From a virus (lineage: Duplodnaviria; Caudoviricetes), in the IMG/VR virus record IMGVR_UViG_3300038299_000353, positions 1-64,000 of that record: DNA of 64,000 bases; one strand, given 5' to 3'. This document shows positions 57,625-64,000 of this stretch, in pieces (position 1 is the stretch's first letter; each line of letters opens with the position of its first letter). Position numbers and translations under genes: made by a program. Below the pieces are notes generated by a model. It was not told where the DNA came from. It searched no databases and saw nothing but the letters and a program-made list of their open reading frames with translations.

Positions 57625-59549
57625 TATAGTTCTGGGTTGTTGTTTGAAAGGTAATTTAAGTGCTTTTGAGTTGATACTGTTGGCATGATGAATACGTCAG
57701 CTATATTCTTTTCGCTACCTGCTCCAATTACAAAAAGCTCTTGCTCTAATTGTGGATAAAATGGTATCATTTTATCTACAAAGTCGCAGCCAACAAACAC
57801 TTCAAAGTATTTTGGGTCAGTGCAAACAATAATGTTATGCTCTGGATATTGCTTTCTAACTCCCTCTAGAAGACTGAGAGAGATAATAGTATCGCCCAAG
57901 CTCTCCTTGATTACGAACAACACGTTCTTTTTGCCATTTTTAGGCAAGAGATCTTCTATGTCGCGACCCTTGGAAGCTTCTTGTTTTTCAATATTTTGTT
58001 GAGAAATATTACGAAATAGGGAAGCGATGCTACTATGGTCCTCTCCCTGCTCAATTCTTTGCATCCAGTGCCTCATTCCAGCCTCATCTGGATACTCTGC
58101 TCCAAGATATCCCAAGTAGAGACTGCGTATGAAATCCTCTCCAGTTAAATTAAGATTCACTTCAAAGTTTGGATTTGACCCGTCTTCGTCATCAAAAGAA
58201 AAGTCAGTATAATCTACTTCAGGCAAAGAGTCGAAGATTTCCATCCATTTGGCGGCAATAACTTTGCTATCATATCTTTCCTTAGCCCATTTGATGGATT
58301 TGACTTTTATTTCATTCTTATCTTTTTCTGACATTGTTTCGATCTTTTTAATAAATTTAACAATGTCATTGATATTTGGCTCTGCTTTCACGAATCCAGT
58401 TTGACACTCTCCACTTTCAATATGTCTTATTTCGAAAACTGAATCACAGGCAGTATACTCTGACCCACAAGAATAAGAAACAGTAGCAAGCGGAAGCCCA
58501 CACATCATAGACTCTGCGTTACAAAATTCAAACCCACCACTAGTAAAAACTGAAATACACGCATCTGCGACTCCATAAATCTTACACATGTCCTCATCTG
58601 TGACTCCATTCCCAACAGAAGAAGAGTCTACACATTTCTTATTCCCGCAACATCCGCAGTCTTTCTGCTCTCCAACGTACCTACTAATTTTAAACTCCTT
58701 ACATTTATTGCAAACATAAGTGGTTAGAATATCTTCTGGATCAATTTCCAGAGACTCGATGATACGAGTTAGCGGCCAGCCTTCTGTCCAGCTACAATGG
58801 AACAGTAGCTTAGATTTGCTTTTTGGGTTCTGCAACTTATGACTTTTAAAAGCCTTTAGGATAGAGTCGTACTTTTTTCTAAGTTGATTACGTCCAAGGT
58901 AAAAGAATAAAGTACAGTCTTTTTCGATCCCAAATTTCTTTCTTAACTCTGACTTTTGTAACTTAGAAATTGGCTTGTAGCACTCTCCATCTACAGCTCC
59001 ATTAACAGTACCTAGATTATATCTAGAGGAAAAATCCTCTTTATCAAAAACCTTTTTAATTTCTTTTTCACCAAAGCTTGCCCAAGAATAAAAGTTAGAG
59101 TTCTTTGCTTGCTGTATAGCTTCGGGCAAGATTGGAACTGAATCTATAGTAACGTGACTAATTAGATTAAGATGTTTTGCCCACTTAGTATCGCAAAACT
59201 TATCTGGGGGAAAAGCCCAAATATCATCAGAACACCATAAAATATCAGGCTTTTCATCCTTAACTATCTGCTCGACTCTATATCCTCCATATGTAGCCAT
59301 GCGAGAAAGATGTGGGTCAGACTGTATTTTTTGAATATCTGCTGGATTACTGGGAATAGAACCAAGAGTTTTCCAGGGATACTTATCTAAGTTATGATCA
59401 TTCTCGCTAACTCCAGAGCAGTAATGTACTATCTCGTACTTGTCTAAAGGATAAATCTCCTTTAGAATAGCTTTCAAGTTTCGAGATAAACCAGTTTTAA
59501 TAAAAAGAGCGTTGGTGAGGAATATGATTTTCTTTTTCTTCATTTTCAA
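57624..59549 (-). CDS. GT4 glycosyltransferase fused to DUF4214-like and GT9 N-terminal domains
   Basis: KTGLSR, GRNQLRK, GGFEFCNAESMMCGLP; LYLGYLG..PDEAGMRHW; SLGDTII...RKQYP. Confidence 0.75.
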   Translation of the reverse strand: MKMKKKKIIFLTNALFIKTGLSRNLKAILKEIYPLDKYEIVHYCSGVSENDHNLDKYPWKTLGSIPSNPADIQKIQSDPHLSRMATYGGYRVEQIVKDEKPDILWCSDDIWAFPPDKFCDTKWAKHLNLISHVTIDSVPILPEAIQQAKNSNFYSWASFGEKEIKKVFDKEDFSSRYNLGTVNGAVDGECYKPISKLQKSELRKKFGIEKDCTLFFYLGRNQLRKKYDSILKAFKSHKLQNPKSKSKLLFHCSWTEGWPLTRIIESLEIDPEDILTTYVCNKCKEFKISRYVGEQKDCGCCGNKKCVDSSSVGNGVTDEDMCKIYGVADACISVFTSGGFEFCNAESMMCGLPLATVSYSCGSEYTACDSVFEIRHIESGECQTGFVKAEPNINDIVKFIKKIETMSEKDKNEIKVKSIKWAKERYDSKVIAAKWMEIFDSLPEVDYTDFSFDDEDGSNPNFEVNLNLTGEDFIRSLYLGYLGAEYPDEAGMRHWMQRIEQGEDHSSIASLFRNISQQNIEKQEASKGRDIEDLLPKNGKKNVLFVIKESLGDTIISLSLLEGVRKQYPEHNIIVCTDPKYFEVFVGCDFVDKMIPFYPQLEQELFVIGAGSEKNIADVFIMPTVSTQKHLNYLSNNNPEL

Positions 59550-59638
59550 ATTATAGATTTAAACTTTAATTTAACAATAAAAAAGCCAGCCATCTTTCGA
59601 TAGCTGGCTAGTTTTTATATTAACCCACCTTGACCTTA

Positions 59639-60283
59639 TTAAAACGGCAGATCGTCGTCGGAACTAAGCGGATCGCTTGATTCAGCGAATTGATCTGGAG
59701 CTTCCTTCTCTTCCTCTTGAAAAGCTGGTTTGCTATTCCCTTCGAACTGCTCAAAGAATGAAGAGGCTACGTCCCATAGGAAAGTCTCTGGTTCGGACCA
59801 ATCCCACTCTTCCTTGCCACGAACAACCTTTTTGTTCGGAGCGGGAAGGCCATTTGGATTATCTTTCGTATATGCAAACTTCACAAAACCTCCATTTTGT
59901 TTGATTAGCATTACAGGACTCTTATCTTGCTTATCTGGAAAGCATACTAATTCTATTTCCTGAGAGACTTCAATATTTGGAATTCGTTTTACGAAAGCAT
60001 CTCGGAGTTTGGAATTCCAAGGAAGCTTGACGATATACGATTCTTTCCCATCTTCAAGATTAATAGAGATTTGATCACCATAGTCTCCGCTTTCGACAGA
60101 ACCTCCAGAGATCTTACCAGTAACGCTACCGTACTGAAGCTCATATACATCAGAGCCTTCGTTAGGTCCATTTTTAAGGGTGCGAGATACTGCTCCTTCT
60201 GTGCCTTCTGGGACACGTTGTGAAATCTTCCCACCGACTACTGTCAAGTAGGTAGATGATTTAGTTTGTTTGTTTAGTGCCAT
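59639..60283 (-). CDS. putative single-stranded DNA-binding protein
   Basis: Acidic tail DDDLPF; own promoter and terminator. Confidence 0.55.
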   Translation of the reverse strand: MALNKQTKSSTYLTVVGGKISQRVPEGTEGAVSRTLKNGPNEGSDVYELQYGSVTGKISGGSVESGDYGDQISINLEDGKESYIVKLPWNSKLRDAFVKRIPNIEVSQEIELVCFPDKQDKSPVMLIKQNGGFVKFAYTKDNPNGLPAPNKKVVRGKEEWDWSEPETFLWDVASSFFEQFEGNSKPAFQEEEKEAPDQFAESSDPLSSDDDLPF

Positions 60284-60368
60284 AATTTTGTATTATTTTT
60301 TTGTATTATTATTTGTTATTTATTGTTTGTTGTTTAGATGCCCTATGTTAGGACAAAGTTATATAATG

Positions 60369-60800
60369 TCAAGTATTTTTTTGTCTTATATTTGTGCTAG
60401 AAAATCCTGGAATTCGTTTTATGATTCTTACTTCTCCTCCCCAGTATTTACACTCTTTGTGACCAACTACTTTTTCTAGCGGATAGTCATCGCCAACAAA
60501 TATTATTTTGGGTTTAATTTTATTAATCAGGTCTATGGGGCTGTCTTCTATGAACGAATGAATTTCATTTACTCCAAAATTTCTAATCTTCTTTTTTCTT
60601 TCATCAATGCAAGAGAGCAAAAGTCTTTTGTTTTTTATAATATATCTATCTGAGTTAAGAGCAACATGGAGAATATCGCATTGCTCCATAGCTGTCTTTA
60701 AAATATATTGATGACCTTCATGGAATCCATCAAAGCATCCAGCTATAAAACCTGCGATGGGGTTATGAGTCATTAAGCTCTGTTTCTGAAACAGAAACAA
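60369..60800 (-). CDS. HldC/RfaE-II-like nucleotidyltransferase
   Basis: GCFDGFHEGH, VALNSD, VGDDY, GFSST. Confidence 0.85.
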   Translation of the reverse strand: MFLFQKQSLMTHNPIAGFIAGCFDGFHEGHQYILKTAMEQCDILHVALNSDRYIIKNKRLLLSCIDERKKKIRNFGVNEIHSFIEDSPIDLINKIKPKIIFVGDDYPLEKVVGHKECKYWGGEVRIIKRIPGFSSTNIRQKNT

Positions 60801-61563
60801 CTCCTCTCTTTGATACAGCTATTGATGCGACTTGATTTGCGAATGAAAGGCTTTTATTAATATTGGCACAGCGCAAGTATTCTGCTACAAAGCCAGCTAA
60901 ATAGCTGTCACCAGCTCCAGACACGCAGTTAGCTTCGACTTCTTTTGTTTTAATGGTAGAGTCAGTATTGAAGTGATAAACCCCCTTCTCGCCCAACGTG
61001 ACGAATAAGTTAGTTTTCTTGAGCAGGGTACTAACTTGTTTCCCAAGGTCATAAGGAAGAAAATTTTCATCAAATTCTTTTTTATTAATTTTTATAAAAT
61101 CTACATACTTGATCCAGTTTCCAGCTTTCTTTTTTGTATCTATAATAATTTTGCATGAGAATTTTTTACGAATATCATGTATAAGGCTTTCAGTAATAAA
61201 TCCCTTGCAGTAGTCTGAAATTACAACCATATCTATAGGTTCACTGCATTTGCTCGAAGATATTGATTGAATCAAGCTCTCAAGACTAAGGGGCTTGCAG
61301 GGGCTTTCTTTGTCTAATCTTGCAATATGTTGCCCAGAACTTTTATGCACGTATCTGGTTTTAATGATTTCGTTGTCTTGATGGACGAATAAAATTTTAT
61401 CACACCCCAATGACTTTAAGTTGCTTACTACGTTAGCTGCTCCTCCATCATTCTTTTCTCTGAAAATTTCTTTTATTACTGGGCAGCAAGCTTCTGGAGA
61501 AAGCCTGTCGGAAGAACAGTAAATAAATTCGTCCTTTATAAATTCTCCAATAACTAAAATCAT
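60763..61563 (-). CDS. HldA/RfaE-I-like PfkB sugar kinase
   Basis: RLSPEA, GGAANV, ISDYCKG, VSGAGDS. Confidence 0.85.
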   Translation of the reverse strand: MILVIGEFIKDEFIYCSSDRLSPEACCPVIKEIFREKNDGGAANVVSNLKSLGCDKILFVHQDNEIIKTRYVHKSSGQHIARLDKESPCKPLSLESLIQSISSSKCSEPIDMVVISDYCKGFITESLIHDIRKKFSCKIIIDTKKKAGNWIKYVDFIKINKKEFDENFLPYDLGKQVSTLLKKTNLFVTLGEKGVYHFNTDSTIKTKEVEANCVSGAGDSYLAGFVAEYLRCANINKSLSFANQVASIAVSKRGVVSVSETELNDS

Positions 61564-62615
61564 TTAGAGCCTTTCCATTCCAAGAATTCAACAGAGTTTG
61601 TGAATTTTGGACATCCTTGCCATGACTTCTTTTCTACAAGGCTTTGATCCTTATCTTTAAAATCTTCCTCGTCCCTTGTACTTTTTATAATATTGCCATC
61701 TTCATCTTTAAGAGTCCAGTAATCGTATGGCCATTTTTCAGAACATACGTAATATGGCTTGCCTCTCTTTTCTACATTCTTATGAGTGTCTGAATAGGAG
61801 TGTCCAGGATATTTTCCATAACCGCATACGATAGAACCAGAGAATGTACCATCCTTTGGATAGCCTTTGTCTGCTGCCATATTGTCATACATGTTTAGCT
61901 CGTCAAAGTTTCTTAGGTATACGTAAAGATCAGAGAGCCAAGATTCAAACCCCTCTAAAACTTCATCGGTGACTTCTACTCTTTGGTCTGGCTTATCTGG
62001 AAATCTAAGAAAAACAAACTCAACAAAGGCAGTCATATCTTTAGCTTTCTTAGCCCAGAGAATATAGGACAGAGCCTGAACACTGAACTCCAACTCTACA
62101 TCTTGTTTTTTCTGAGCAGAAGATTTATAATCAACAATTCTATATTTTTTGCCACGGCTAGAAGGCTTATCAATCTTGCCTCTCAACTCATAAGGCTGAT
62201 CTTCAGTACCCTTTAAGTAAAACATGGTTTCTAGATTTTCATAGTCAACCTTATAGCCTTTGCAGTAAAAGTCATAATTCAAACCTACGAAAATCATTTC
62301 GCAAATCATCTCAAAATTATTCTGACCCTTATCATCTAGCTCCTCCATGTTGAAGCCAGACATCATAGAATTGATTAAATCAATAAGCTTCTTATCTTTT
62401 AGGATAGACCCTTCTTCTAGAATTTGGTCAACTCTGTCCTTATGCTTTTCTTCGATAAGCATTTCGAAAATGTCATGACATATCGTGCCTCTTAAAGCTC
62501 CATAATTTTCTTTATCTGGAGTCTTGTTCAAATACTTTGCATAATAAACTAAACTGCACTTCTGATATGTTTCAATCTTGGAGGCGCTTAATACATGTTT
62601 TGTTGGCTTATCCAT
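61560..62615 (-). CDS. PD-(D/E)xK exonuclease (RecB/Cas4-like)
   Basis: LSASKI..Y..C, GTICH, LRGKID, IVDYKS, Q..SY. Confidence 0.85.
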   Translation of the reverse strand: MDKPTKHVLSASKIETYQKCSLVYYAKYLNKTPDKENYGALRGTICHDIFEMLIEEKHKDRVDQILEEGSILKDKKLIDLINSMMSGFNMEELDDKGQNNFEMICEMIFVGLNYDFYCKGYKVDYENLETMFYLKGTEDQPYELRGKIDKPSSRGKKYRIVDYKSSAQKKQDVELEFSVQALSYILWAKKAKDMTAFVEFVFLRFPDKPDQRVEVTDEVLEGFESWLSDLYVYLRNFDELNMYDNMAADKGYPKDGTFSGSIVCGYGKYPGHSYSDTHKNVEKRGKPYYVCSEKWPYDYWTLKDEDGNIIKSTRDEEDFKDKDQSLVEKKSWQGCPKFTNSVEFLEWKGSK

Positions 62616-63615
62616 TAGATAAAACCCTTCCTACGTTTATCTCTTTTTGACTCATCCTTTGTTTAGTATCTGATTTTGCTCTAATATATTTTTCTCTGAA
62701 TAAAGTTATTATATCATCTGGATCTGATTTGAAAAAGTTTTTTATATTACTTTTATCATCTGAAAGATCATTGCATGAAGGAGTTTTTATCTCTAAGTTG
62801 TGAGGTTCGAAATACTCAAACAGTTTTGTATAATTTTTTACTGCTGCATTTTGACCATTAAACTTACTATCCTTATTATAGCAGATAGTTATTAGGCTAG
62901 GATTGACTCCCAATATAAAAGACATCATAGGCTTGCTAATATTTAGACCCATAGTTGGAAGTACGTTAGTGATGCCCTCGTCATAGCAAGCAACACTATC
63001 GCTTGGTCCTTCTACAAGAATCAAATGAGAGTTCTTTAAAATAGATTTTAAAATGGGAAACTCATCATTCTTTTTATTGTAAAGTCCAAATAAGAAATTT
63101 GTAGACTTCCCTTCGTGCTTATACTTTACACCGTGCTTTTCAGTAAGATCTCTTCCTGTAAAACCTACAATTCTTTGATGCCTGTCGAAGACTGGCCATA
63201 CGTATCTCTGGTAAAGCTTTCCGCTATGAGAAGCACCGCCTTGAAAGAAGTCTAGCGTTTCTTTAGACACTCCCCTATTCATCCAGTAAGAGTGTTCTGG
63301 CAAGAGATGTAGTAAGGAGTCTTTTGACCAAAACTTTACTTCATTCTCGTCATTGATGATATCCAGATCTAAAGAAGCGATTTTATTTATAACCGCCTTG
63401 TCTGGCTTTTTGCCAGTCATCTTTTCAATCAAAATCTCAATAGGAAAATTCTCGTTTATTGACCAATCTGTAGTCCAGCCATTCTTCAGATTTATAGAGG
63501 CTCCAGAAGGGTTGTCGCTATTTCTATAAGTTGGGCAGAATTGAGCAAAGCCAGAGTCATTAACGCTGATGACTTTTACCCCTATTTCGTCTAAAATGTC
63601 TTTTACTGAGTTCAA
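62608..63615 (-). CDS. DNA primase (Toprim)
   Basis: IVGFTGR, KYKH, LVEGPSD. Confidence 0.85.
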   Translation of the reverse strand: MNSVKDILDEIGVKVISVNDSGFAQFCPTYRNSDNPSGASINLKNGWTTDWSINENFPIEILIEKMTGKKPDKAVINKIASLDLDIINDENEVKFWSKDSLLHLLPEHSYWMNRGVSKETLDFFQGGASHSGKLYQRYVWPVFDRHQRIVGFTGRDLTEKHGVKYKHEGKSTNFLFGLYNKKNDEFPILKSILKNSHLILVEGPSDSVACYDEGITNVLPTMGLNISKPMMSFILGVNPSLITICYNKDSKFNGQNAAVKNYTKLFEYFEPHNLEIKTPSCNDLSDDKSNIKNFFKSDPDDIITLFREKYIRAKSDTKQRMSQKEINVGRVLSNG

Positions 63616-63998
63616 AGTATTGCCTCTCTAGTTGAATTGTTGTTTCCTGAATTGCCATTAGCAAGCAGTTCGAGATACTCTTGAACAGCTCTGCCATCTC
63701 CTCCATCTTCGAATCTAAAGTTGTGGAAATTTAGATTTATCCAATTGGAGCAATATTTATTATTGATCTTAACTGGATTCTCGAACTTCCATCCATCTTT
63801 ACCTAGCTTTCTGAATTTAACTGGTATTAAAGCATGAGTTCCAAATCGATCTACTGGTTGCTCAGCTTTTTCATCCATAGTCTTTTTCTTGATTAGACCG
63901 ACGAAGGTTGATAGTTGTTGAATGTAGTCACTTTCTGCTAAAGATGAGTCGTCATCTTCTCCATGTCGGTTTCGTTGAGCGCCGAAAAGAAATGTTGC
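63612..63998 (-). CDS. DnaB-like replicative helicase, C-terminal part (runs off the window)
   Basis: Frame open to the edge: GAQRNR...LAESDYIQQLS, similar to DnaB motif H4. Confidence 0.75.
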   Translation of the reverse strand, partial: ATFLFGAQRNRHGEDDDSSLAESDYIQQLSTFVGLIKKKTMDEKAEQPVDRFGTHALIPVKFRKLGKDGWKFENPVKINNKYCSNWINLNFHNFRFEDGGDGRAVQEYLELLANGNSGNNNSTREAIL

Positions 63999-64000
63999 AT

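Noticed and set aside
61560-62615. Cas4-like nuclease as part of a CRISPR system
   Set aside because: No array or other cas genes; it sits among replication genes
1-64000. Stop-codon reassignment or prophage context
   Set aside because: Long genes are intact under the standard code and all three stops are used; no integrase, att pair or host genes were seen

Overview
64 kb of a large, AT-rich tailed dsDNA phage (Caudoviricetes; long tape measure and tail tube, no sheath recognised, so probably siphovirus-like). No integrase or host genes are visible. Four blocks: (1) 1-12430, + strand, an early/host-takeover region of short genes built as cassettes (TTGACA promoter, gene, intrinsic terminator, phased AAATA array). 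It holds duplicated DUF932 and other paralogs, micro-ORFs and several candidate RNAs, including a 67-nt tmRNA tRNA-like domain with no mRNA part. (2) 12568-14290, - strand: dNMP kinase, thioredoxin and two tRNAs. (3) 14487-55001, + strand late region: sigma-like factor, ERCC4 nuclease, terminase, portal, protease/scaffold, capsid, tail tube, tape measure and large Ser/Thr-Gly-rich tail proteins, with a recurring TTCNCA-N15-TGTAW promoter. (4) 55040-64000, - strand: replication genes (DnaB, primase, PD-(D/E)xK nuclease, SSB, annealing protein) interleaved with HldA/HldC-like heptose enzymes and GT4/GT9 glycosyltransferases. All family calls are by eye from motifs; no database search was run. 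Sigma70-type promoters with AC-rich, SD-less initiation regions weakly suggest a Verrucomicrobia-like host (inference only).
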